Notes under the pieces: generated by a model
Databases searched by the model: none
Told to the model about the DNA's origin: nothing
Seen by the model: the letters and a program-made list of their open reading frames with translations, nothing else
Virus record (IMG/VR): IMGVR_UViG_3300037042_004723
Location: 64,001 to 128,000 of that record
Direction: 5' to 3' (one strand)
Origin: a virus
DNA: 64,000 nt
Program-made: the position numbers and the translations under genes
Shown: positions 35,985-44,039 of the stretch, piece after piece
How positions within the stretch are numbered: position 1 is the stretch's first letter
Layout: every line of letters starts with the position of its first letter

Positions 35985-36308
35985 ATGGAAGAAGAAAAGA
36001 CTGACAGCGTTACCAAGGCCGTGCTTGCTGAGAAAATTGGCGAGGCCGTGCCATCTGCTAGCATCAAAAAAGCGAACGACATCGTCGAGAGCATCATCCT
36101 TGGCATCAAGGAGGCCCTCGTGAAGAAGGAGGGCGTCAAGATTTCCGGTTTCGGAAAGTTCTCGACCAGCGAGAAGGCCGCCCGCAAGGGCCGGAATCCT
36201 CAGACGGGCGCCGAAATTACCATCGCCGACCGATGCGTTATCAAGTTCAAGGTCAGCGACTGCCTCAAGGCTGAGCTGAACGGGAAGCCATTCTCCGGTT
36301 CGGACTGA
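35985..36308 (+). CDS. ihfA: integration host factor alpha-like
   Basis: VTKAVLAEKI; VKISGFGKF; RKGRNPQTGAEITI; FKVSDCLKAELN. Confidence 0.85.
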   Translation: MEEEKTDSVTKAVLAEKIGEAVPSASIKKANDIVESIILGIKEALVKKEGVKISGFGKFSTSEKAARKGRNPQTGAEITIADRCVIKFKVSDCLKAELNGKPFSGSD

Positions 36309-36368
36309 TATTTTTGATCAAGGAAATTATACTTTGACAATGCAGCCATGACCTATTAGCTTTAGGTC

Positions 36369-36818
36369 ATGGCAAACGCAGTTCTCAAAATGACCGGACC
36401 CACCAAAATCATCGAGCTTGACGGAATTCCGTCCAAGAACTGGAAGTTGAACGATACCGCCGTTCATCTCTGGAAGGGCAAGCTGTGGCGCAAGGAGAAG
36501 GTTGGCTGCGTCCTTTGCGTCGATAAGGAGGGGCCCGAGCACGCGACCCTTTGTCATGCCGACGATGATGGCGTTGAGCACTTCCACTGCATGGAGCACA
36601 ACGAGCTTATCGCGGTGCCCTACTCGATGAAGAAGGTCTACACGATCACCATCGGTGACGTTCTGCGCGAGGGGCAGGAGCTTCTCGAAGACACGATGCT
36701 CTTCCCGTCGGAGATGACGCTGGCCTCGCGCAACGAGCTGATCAACCGCCTCCTCGATGACGCCGCCAACGAAGAGAAGGAGTCTGGCCCGGCTCCCACC
36801 TCGACGGATGATGAGTAG
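36369..36818 (+). CDS. hypothetical protein (leaderless)
   Basis: TTGACA 36334, TAGCTT 36357, ATG 36369. Confidence 0.7.
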   Translation: MANAVLKMTGPTKIIELDGIPSKNWKLNDTAVHLWKGKLWRKEKVGCVLCVDKEGPEHATLCHADDDGVEHFHCMEHNELIAVPYSMKKVYTITIGDVLREGQELLEDTMLFPSEMTLASRNELINRLLDDAANEEKESGPAPTSTDDE

Positions 36819-36883
36819 TCCTAAAGGATTAGCTCTTTTTACGCAGTAGACAATCACGTGCAGGCCGGTGCATCTATAGCGCC

Positions 36884-37072
36884 ATGTTAGATGCACCGGT
36901 TTGCCATGAGCCGACGAGTCGACAGGTAGAGGCTGCTGCCAAAGCCTGGATGACGTGGCAGTTCCCGGGCAGATCCTGGGACGATGCAGTTCCAGAACTG
37001 CAGGACAAGTTCCGGGATGGGGCTCGCCGCGCCTTGGTCGCAGCTGCCAATGTTTCGAGCGAGTTCGATTAG
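36884..37072 (+). CDS. hypothetical protein
   Basis: ORF track. Confidence 0.5.
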   Translation: MLDAPVCHEPTSRQVEAAAKAWMTWQFPGRSWDDAVPELQDKFRDGARRALVAAANVSSEFD

Positions 37073-37125
37073 TCGAAAGAATCCAGATGGCGGTTCACGA
37101 ATTTAACCGAAAGGGCAAGCGATAA

Positions 37126-38466
37126 ATGGCCAAGATTGCACTAACTATCAGCGAAGATTACTGTCCGGAATGGGATCTGTTTTGCGGAATTCGCGAGTTC
37201 ATGCAGAACGCGCGTGACGCTACCAGGGTGGGCTGTACGTTCGATGCAGTCTACCTGGCCGATGCCAACGTCGTTCGAATCAAGACGACTGGCGCGGTTC
37301 TAGAGCATCGCACGCTGCTTCTGGGCGAGTCCTCGAAGCGGGGCCGCTCGGACATGCTGGGGCAGCAGGGGGAGGGCTACAAGATTGGCTCCCTGGTCCT
37401 CTGCCGGCTTGGCAAGGGCGTCAAGATTCGGACCGGTGACGAGGTCTGGATTCCGGTCATCGAGTACTCGAAGCAGTTCGGCGCCAAGGTGCTGCACTTC
37501 GATATCTCCAAGGGCCGCAAGAACGTCAACGAGGTCGTCGTCGACATCTCCGGCGTGACCGAGGAGGAGTGGCGCTCGATCAAGAACAAGTTCTTGTTCA
37601 TCGAGGACGAAGGCCAGACGGTGGTTGAGTCGCCCGCCGGCTCAGTGATCATCGATGGCGTGGGTCACATCTTTGTCGACGGCATCTGGGTGTGCCGCCT
37701 GGCGAAGCTCAAGCACGGCTATGATTTCCGTCCGGCCGATACCAAGCTGGACCGTGATCGTCGCTTGATGGAGTCGTGGGAGGCCCACACCCTTACGGCC
37801 AGGGCGTGGGAGGCGCTGTACATGCGGTCCACGCGCGAGTACTGCGAGCGGGTTGATGCCATGCTGGCTGACGCCACTCCCGATGTGGAGCACTTCCGCT
37901 ACGACTGGTGCGTGGGCATGAACACGCGCAAGCAGGTCGCCAGCCGGTTCAAGGAGAAGTTCGGCGAGAAGGCCATCCCGGTCAAGACCGAGAGCGAGGT
38001 CCGAGAGGCAGAGTTCTACGGTCGCCATGCGGCCGTTGTCGATGCGGCCCCGCTCAGAGATATCTTGGAGCGAGAAATCGGCACCATCGAGTCCGTGAAG
38101 CGAGACTTGGCCGATGAGGTTGTGGCCGAGCATACTGCCATCAGCCTGGAGCCGTTGGAGTCCAAGAATTTCATGATGGCGATGGAGTTCGTGTCCAAGG
38201 CCATCAAGAAGTCTGGGCTCACGTTGGCCAAGGACATTACGATCGTCGAGTTCCGTAGTCCTTCGGTGATGGGCATGCGGAAGGGCGACAAGATCTACCT
38301 GAGCCGCAACACGCTTGGCTCATTCGAGGAGGCCCTCAAGACTCTTGTTGAAGAGGTGGCTCACGAGTTCGGTGCAGATGGAACGCACAATCACGTCGAA
38401 AGAATGCATGAGATCTACGCCAACGGCGTGGCGATGCTTTTGACAGAAGGACCAGGTAGTGCCTAA
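37126..38466 (+). CDS. GHKL-type ATPase with C-terminal zincin-like EEVAH motif
   Basis: IREFMQNARDA; LLLGESSK; GQQGEGYKIG; TLVEEVAHEFG. Confidence 0.75.
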   Translation: MAKIALTISEDYCPEWDLFCGIREFMQNARDATRVGCTFDAVYLADANVVRIKTTGAVLEHRTLLLGESSKRGRSDMLGQQGEGYKIGSLVLCRLGKGVKIRTGDEVWIPVIEYSKQFGAKVLHFDISKGRKNVNEVVVDISGVTEEEWRSIKNKFLFIEDEGQTVVESPAGSVIIDGVGHIFVDGIWVCRLAKLKHGYDFRPADTKLDRDRRLMESWEAHTLTARAWEALYMRSTREYCERVDAMLADATPDVEHFRYDWCVGMNTRKQVASRFKEKFGEKAIPVKTESEVREAEFYGRHAAVVDAAPLRDILEREIGTIESVKRDLADEVVAEHTAISLEPLESKNFMMAMEFVSKAIKKSGLTLAKDITIVEFRSPSVMGMRKGDKIYLSRNTLGSFEEALKTLVEEVAHEFGADGTHNHVERMHEIYANGVAMLLTEGPGSA

Positions 38467-38749
38467 AGCCGCTCCCGAAGACATTGTTTGTGCTGGATGT
38501 GGACGACCGATCGATAAGTATCGGTCGTCTCGCTATCCAGGTGACCGCGCTGTCGAGGTCAGGGTTGGCAAGTTCCTGCAGAGCCAGGTTGTTGATGGCA
38601 AGCGGAAACCAGGTCGGCCACGCACCAAGAACGAAAAATTCAAGGCGGAGTCCGTCTGGGGTGTGATGCACCTTGGATGCTTTGTGCGTTCGCTCGAATC
38701 GCCGGACGACGTTTTCGCTGAATTGAGCGTGCAGCATGTCGCTCGATGA
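38459..38749 (+). CDS. zinc-binding hypothetical protein
   Basis: CAGCG...HLGC. Confidence 0.55.
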   Translation: MPKAAPEDIVCAGCGRPIDKYRSSRYPGDRAVEVRVGKFLQSQVVDGKRKPGRPRTKNEKFKAESVWGVMHLGCFVRSLESPDDVFAELSVQHVAR

Positions 38750-38963
38750 CGACGACAACTCGGTCATCGGTGGCCTCAAGAAAATGGCCGTGCTTGAGGG
38801 ATATGAGCCGGGAACCGATCGGTTTGAGATGCGAGTTCGTCAGCTCCAGGTCACCAAATGCCGAGAGATGAAGGGCGTTAACTCTTGTCATGAGTGCAAT
38901 TTTTTTGACTACTGCGACCTGGTCAAGAAAGTGATGCGAGAGCGGCGTGGCCACGACGAATAG
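38736..38963 (+). CDS. small Cys-rich protein
   Basis: CRE...CHECNFFDYC. Confidence 0.55.
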   Translation: MSLDDDDNSVIGGLKKMAVLEGYEPGTDRFEMRVRQLQVTKCREMKGVNSCHECNFFDYCDLVKKVMRERRGHDE

Positions 38964-38979
38964 ACTTTCTGGAGAAAAT

Positions 38980-39255
38980 ATGACCGCAGAGCGCAGTAAA
39001 CCAGAAAATATCAAGGAAGTTAAGGGGTCTGCCAGCAATCCTGAACGGGATGAGGTAGAAGGGTCCTCCGAAGACACCAATACAGGGATGCGCAGCACAT
39101 CAGGCAGGATCGTTCGCCCGTCTACGGCGGAAGTCAGGCACGAGGTTATGCGGCTCTCCAAAGAAACTGGACAGTCAGAATTTGAGCGTGGCATCAAGGT
39201 CGCATTGGAATGGATCTTGGGAGACAGGAAGACGCTCAGACGTCCCGACAAATAA
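38980..39255 (+). CDS. hypothetical protein
   Basis: ORF 38947-39255; ATG after GGAG. Confidence 0.5.
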   Translation: MTAERSKPENIKEVKGSASNPERDEVEGSSEDTNTGMRSTSGRIVRPSTAEVRHEVMRLSKETGQSEFERGIKVALEWILGDRKTLRRPDK

Positions 39256-39267
39256 TGCGGAGGACTT

Positions 39268-39921
39268 ATGTTTGAATGGCTCTATTATCCGGTGATTGCG
39301 AAGCTGTGGTACCTGGTCGCGCTGTTCGCATGGACATCTCCTCATGCGGAGGCGGACGCAACCGCACCTATTCCTGAACTAACGGCGAGCTACGCGAGCG
39401 TCGTGGCATCAAGCTCCCATATACCGCTCCCGCCCACGCCGGACGAGCACGGGATTGCTGCTCGCTATGGGGCCCCAGGCGACAAGTTCGCTCAGCAGGG
39501 AACGGCCTGCGCGCCGCACGCCAAGATCAACGACGTTGATCATGTCTGCGCGCATCGACGGTATCCGTGTGGCACGATTCTGATCGTCGAGAACCAGAAG
39601 ACCAAGGACCGCAACTGGTGCGTGGTTCTCGATCGCGGTCCGTTCGGCGCAAGTGTTTTCGCGGCCGACGGCACCAAGGTGATGGTCAAGCCCAAGAAGG
39701 CTGCCTGGTACATTAAGATTCGTGAGGGAGACCTTCCTCCCGATAGCCTGTGTCCCGACGGTGAATGCGTTGGAAAGTGGCGTGGCGTCCTGGATGTGAG
39801 TCCAGCGGTCAGCAGGGGCATGAACCACACTGGATGGGGTAACGTTAAAGTGTGGAAGCTTAGGCGCGTCGTGGATCTCCAGAGATATCTTGCGAAGAAG
39901 GCTTCCCGTCCGGTTATCTGA
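39268..39921 (+). CDS. secreted RlpA-like double-psi beta-barrel (lytic transglycosylase-like)
   Basis: signal-like N-terminus; CAHRRYPCGTILIVEN...VVLDRGPF...RGVLDVSPAV. Confidence 0.7.
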   Translation: MFEWLYYPVIAKLWYLVALFAWTSPHAEADATAPIPELTASYASVVASSSHIPLPPTPDEHGIAARYGAPGDKFAQQGTACAPHAKINDVDHVCAHRRYPCGTILIVENQKTKDRNWCVVLDRGPFGASVFAADGTKVMVKPKKAAWYIKIREGDLPPDSLCPDGECVGKWRGVLDVSPAVSRGMNHTGWGNVKVWKLRRVVDLQRYLAKKASRPVI

Positions 39922-39944
39922 AGCTTGAACGGTAGTCGGCTCCG

Positions 39945-40340
39945 ATGTACGTTCCGGTCCTCGTGCCGGATTCCAGTCATCGAAGCGAAAGCCTGGCTAT
40001 CATCACCGCCATGCTCAGCGAGTCCAGCGGGTTGTGGAAGATCTCCGATGCTCGCACCGGCTTGTTGCGAAAGCATATGGACGCTCTGTCGAGCAGATCT
40101 AAGTCATCGATTGGGGAGATGATTTCCATCGCCGAGAGGGGAGATCTGTTTTGGCCAACCAAGGCCGAGTACTACGCCGCTCTCCACGAGATTAAAATTG
40201 CACCGGCATCTGTAGGCCGGAAACAGGTCGACATCGTCATCTCTGACATGATCAAAGGTGCCAGGTTGGACAACGTGTCCGACAGGGCCTGGGTTAAACA
40301 GGCAATCGAAATTCTAAGAAAAATCTCCGCTGATGTTTAG
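39945..40340 (+). CDS. hypothetical protein
   Basis: ORF track. Confidence 0.5.
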   Translation: MYVPVLVPDSSHRSESLAIITAMLSESSGLWKISDARTGLLRKHMDALSSRSKSSIGEMISIAERGDLFWPTKAEYYAALHEIKIAPASVGRKQVDIVISDMIKGARLDNVSDRAWVKQAIEILRKISADV

Positions 40341-40381
40341 CGGCGCGGGACACGTTGACAATGCATGTGCGTGGTAGTTCG

Positions 40382-40612
40382 ATGGTATCAAGGAAGCAGA
40401 TAAAGCAGGAGCATGTACGTCATCCGTACACCAAGAAGAAGCTTCGCGTTATCGACACGTTTGAGCCGATCGACGCTCCGTTGTGTCCTGGCTGCAATGG
40501 CGGCATAATCAAGCAGATAAAGGTAGTTGAGTCTGAGTACCCGGGCGGCGTCCGGTACAATATTATTACTTGTGAAACTTGCGATCAGCCTATCTGGGTG
40601 ATCCCGAGTTAG
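40382..40612 (+). CDS. small zinc-ribbon protein
   Basis: CPGC...CETC. Confidence 0.55.
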   Translation: MVSRKQIKQEHVRHPYTKKKLRVIDTFEPIDAPLCPGCNGGIIKQIKVVESEYPGGVRYNIITCETCDQPIWVIPS

Positions 40613-40635
40613 CCGATAAGAAAGGTCAGTGATCG

Positions 40636-41238
40636 ATGGGCGCCCTCCTCTCTTTCCATTCCGTTTTCCGTGACTACACCGACAACTTCACCGAGTGGAA
40701 GCAGCAGACCTTTAAGTCGCTGTCAGCTTTGATGAAGCAGGTGATTACGGTTCACGAGAAGGCATGGACGGCCAAGTTGGAGGAGAACCTTACCCTGCCG
40801 CTCTCCATCTTTGAGAAGGCAGACGAGGTCCATCCTGGCGTCTGGATTGGGAGCTACTCGTCGGTTGTTGACGACGAGCTGAGCAAGGAGATCGACGTCG
40901 TTCTGAACATGGCCATCGAATGCGATTACACGCTGAAGGCCAAGACGCAGCTCGTCAAGATAGGCATCGAGGATGGTCGCCTCACGAACGTAGGCGTCTT
41001 CAGGAAGGCCGCAGAGGTCATTCACCATGCCAGGGAGTCTGATAAGACGGTCCTGGTGCATTGCGCGGCAGGCGTCAGCAGGAGCAGCACGGCGGTTCTG
41101 GCGTACCTGATGCTGCATGAGGGCATGGGCTGGGTGGAGGCGCTAGGGTACGTGCAGAAGAGCAGATCTTGCGTAAACCCTCATCCACTGCTCGTCAGAT
41201 CCATGATCAGAGATCTCGGCTCGGACTTCCTTCCGTAG
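40636..41238 (+). CDS. dual-specificity protein phosphatase
   Basis: VLVHCAAGVSRSST (CX5R); GIED general-acid loop; RSCVNPHP. Confidence 0.9.
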   Translation: MGALLSFHSVFRDYTDNFTEWKQQTFKSLSALMKQVITVHEKAWTAKLEENLTLPLSIFEKADEVHPGVWIGSYSSVVDDELSKEIDVVLNMAIECDYTLKAKTQLVKIGIEDGRLTNVGVFRKAAEVIHHARESDKTVLVHCAAGVSRSSTAVLAYLMLHEGMGWVEALGYVQKSRSCVNPHPLLVRSMIRDLGSDFLP

Positions 41239-41336
41239 CGTGATCTTTTTTCGGAGGCACTAGGGCGCCGATCCACTAGATGTAGTGGTCGGCTTGGTGG
41301 CGAGCACTACTGGTCAAGTGCTCGCCATTCTTCGTT

Positions 41337-41822
41337 TTGTTGACATTGAAAGATCTGGCCGATAGCTTGCGCGACCTACTGCGACACCAGGACGAGGAGC
41401 GCGCGATGACGATGATGGTTGCTGGGAACTCTTACTATTCGGTTCCTGATCTTCGCAAGCGCAGGTGGTCTTCTGCTGCGATTAGGAAATTTCTTCCTGA
41501 AATCCCGGACCATGTTCAGAAGAAGCCGCCCTGGTTTCCGCAGTCCCAGAAGTCATCCAACGAAATGAAGTTCTGGCGCACGGACAGGGTACACAACGCT
41601 GAGAAGTCCAGCGAGTTCATCGAGTGGATGTCCGGCGAGGCTATTCGTGCCGAAGCGTATCAGCGCACCAACGAAGCACGGCTAAGGAATATTGCCCAAC
41701 GTCAAATCCCTGACCCTCCGCAGGGACATGTCTCGCTGGAAGATCAGTACAAAAACATTCGCGAGGAGAGATCTTCCAAGTCAGCATCGTCGGCTGCCAG
41801 AAAAAACAGGATGCGGCCATGA
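41337..41822 (+). CDS. hypothetical protein
   Basis: ORF track. Confidence 0.5.
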   Translation: MLTLKDLADSLRDLLRHQDEERAMTMMVAGNSYYSVPDLRKRRWSSAAIRKFLPEIPDHVQKKPPWFPQSQKSSNEMKFWRTDRVHNAEKSSEFIEWMSGEAIRAEAYQRTNEARLRNIAQRQIPDPPQGHVSLEDQYKNIREERSSKSASSAARKNRMRP

Positions 41823-43090
41823 CTGATCCTCGAAGTGAATTATCTGAGGTCGTCAACGAGGATTGGACCTTTGACGTTGTTCGCACATACGTGCTGGGCG
41901 TTGAGGCCTTTGATCTGAACATCTCCGCGATGGAATTGCGGCTCCTGATTATGCTGAGAATCCGCGCTTCCGGCGGGCGGAATAATCACGTTTCAAACGA
42001 GACCTTAGCCAAAGACCTTGGCGTGCAGAAGAACGCCATCGCTGGCTACATGACGAACCTGGTCAAGCAGGGATACGTCGTGTGCAAGTCGCGAGGATAT
42101 GGGTCTCCGACGCTCAAGACCATCAAGTCTATGGTCACGAGATACGATGACGACATTCTGAAGATGACCAGGAGGGACCTGTTCGGGGCAGGTCGTTCTG
42201 ATGAACTTCTCGAACGCCTTCATCACCCAACGGCTGGCCGGAAACCGGTTGACAGTGCCTCCAAGTCCAGTAACACCCGAACGGGTGCTACTGGTGGAGG
42301 GGCGTCCAGTAGCACGCGATCGGATACCATGGAGGCACGCGATCGGGTGACTCTAGAAGCACGCGATCGAGTGACTGAAGTAGATAAAGAGATAAATCAA
42401 AATGAATTAGATTCCGCGACCTGTGGTCGCGACGCGACTGAAAATTCCGGAAGAAGATTCCGGAAGATTGGTCATACCAGATCAGGAGAGTCCTATGACA
42501 AAGACACTGGTGAGGTATTAGATTCTGTCGTTCTTCCTACTCAAGATCCGGAGAAACTTCGCGCCATGGGGTTGGACGAAGGCGACGTCCGGCAGGCGAG
42601 GGCCATGGCGGCTGCGGTCCAGGCTGTCACCAGGAACGCCAAGGTGGCCCATGAGCGCGATGAGATGCTCCTAGCGAGAAAGGCCCAGGACGAGCGTTCC
42701 GGGCTCGCCAAGACGCGCAGGCTGGCTCGTGAGGAGGAGCGCCTGGCCAACAAGACGGCCGGCGGCAGGTTCTACGAATGGGCACAGGTCGAGTACGACC
42801 GCTTCTTCCCGACGATTAGGATGACCAAGTGGATGAAGACCGAGTTCTCGCAGCTTAAGACGTTGCGCGAGGCTTGCCATAACGACGACGTGCTTGTTCG
42901 GAAGTCCTGGTCGTATCTGTGCGAGCACTGGGACGAACTGACAAAAAAGTTGAAATTAGCCGACTCTGCCCCGACTATCGGCCTGCTCCTGGCGATACGG
43001 GCTCGGATCGTTCCGCTCGTGCAGGAGAGGCAGACCGATCGGCAGTACGCCGAACGCTCTGCGACACCTGGGAAGCTTGGAGAATGGTGA
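41819..43090 (+). CDS. replication initiator protein with N-terminal winged HTH
   Basis: SNETLAKDLGVQKNAIAGYMTNLVKQGYV; sits upstream of loader and helicase; internal iterons. Confidence 0.75.
   Translation: MTDPRSELSEVVNEDWTFDVVRTYVLGVEAFDLNISAMELRLLIMLRIRASGGRNNHVSNETLAKDLGVQKNAIAGYMTNLVKQGYVVCKSRGYGSPTLKTIKSMVTRYDDDILKMTRRDLFGAGRSDELLERLHHPTAGRKPVDSASKSSNTRTGATGGGASSSTRSDTMEARDRVTLEARDRVTEVDKEINQNELDSATCGRDATENSGRRFRKIGHTRSGESYDKDTGEVLDSVVLPTQDPEKLRAMGLDEGDVRQARAMAAAVQAVTRNAKVAHERDEMLLARKAQDERSGLAKTRRLAREEERLANKTAGGRFYEWAQVEYDRFFPTIRMTKWMKTEFSQLKTLREACHNDDVLVRKSWSYLCEHWDELTKKLKLADSAPTIGLLLAIRARIVPLVQERQTDRQYAERSATPGKLGEW
42268..42410. other. putative replication origin: iterons plus AT-rich tract inside the initiator gene
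   Basis: GCACGCGATCG at 42312, 42335, 42359; inverted repeat 42268-42293; AT-rich 42381-42410. Confidence 0.65.
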
Positions 43091-43782
43091 GCGGCGCAAG
43101 TGCTTGCGCGGCAGAGATGGCCAAGATGACAGACGACAGCCCAGCGTCCAGCGATAACCGACGGAAGGTTACCCATGCCGATCTGTCCAGGGTGAACCTG
43201 GGCAAGGAGTTCTGGGGGGTCCGCACCGATCGGATCCAGATGTCACAGGTCCGCGAACTGGTGCTTCGGTTTAGGAAGAACATCAGGGAGATGATCTCTA
43301 CGGGTAGTGGTTTGGTATTCAGCGGTCCACCAGGGGTGGGCAAGACGGCTGCTGCGGCTTGCATCCTGAAGGAGACCATCAGCGCGGGGTACGGGGCTTA
43401 CTTCGTGACTCACAGTGAGCTTAAGGACCTCAGGTTCGAGAAACATCCGTCACTGTTCGGCAGCGGGGCGGACGGCGTTACGGTTCGTCGGAAGATAGAC
43501 ATCGTTTCGCTTCTGGTTCTCGATGGGTTCAATGATCCGTTCTTCACGGACAATGTGTTTGGACCCCTTCAGCTCGAAGAGCTTCTGGTTCGCAGAAACT
43601 CCCAGAAGCTATCTACGATCATGACGGTCAGATCGCGCCTGACTCTGAAGCAGGAGAAGTTCTCTGATCTGCTCGATGTCATCAGTCAGGTCATGTTCTC
43701 TGTTCCCATGTCTGGGAAGAACATGAGGGACGCTGACCGAGAGAAACTGGGCAAGCGCATGCTTGGGGGCGGTGATTCTTGA
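43084..43782 (+). CDS. DnaC/IstB-like AAA+ helicase loader
   Basis: FSGPPGVGKT Walker A; LLVLDG Walker B; position between initiator and DnaB. Confidence 0.8.
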   Translation: MVSGASACAAEMAKMTDDSPASSDNRRKVTHADLSRVNLGKEFWGVRTDRIQMSQVRELVLRFRKNIREMISTGSGLVFSGPPGVGKTAAAACILKETISAGYGAYFVTHSELKDLRFEKHPSLFGSGADGVTVRRKIDIVSLLVLDGFNDPFFTDNVFGPLQLEELLVRRNSQKLSTIMTVRSRLTLKQEKFSDLLDVISQVMFSVPMSGKNMRDADREKLGKRMLGGGDS

Positions 43783-44039
43783 TCAACTCGGATCTTGGCT
43801 TCACCTGCGAGGTCTGCGGCCAGGCTGTTTCTGCTGGTGATCGTGCCACTCGCGTCCTAGCGGAAACCTGCGTGATTGATCATGGCGGCGGTGCAATCAG
43901 GTCGAGAGGGGATCAGGAAGTGGTTTTTGCGGTGTTCCACGAGGAGTGCGTCTCCGGCACGTATGCCGCCCGCGAGTGCGACGTCGTTGCCTATATTTCC
44001 GAGGCCCGTGAAGTGGTCGAAACAAGTGGGGCCATGTAA
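43779..44039 (+). CDS. small zinc-binding protein
   Basis: CEVCG...FHEEC. Confidence 0.55.
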   Translation: MINSDLGFTCEVCGQAVSAGDRATRVLAETCVIDHGGGAIRSRGDQEVVFAVFHEECVSGTYAARECDVVAYISEAREVVETSGAM

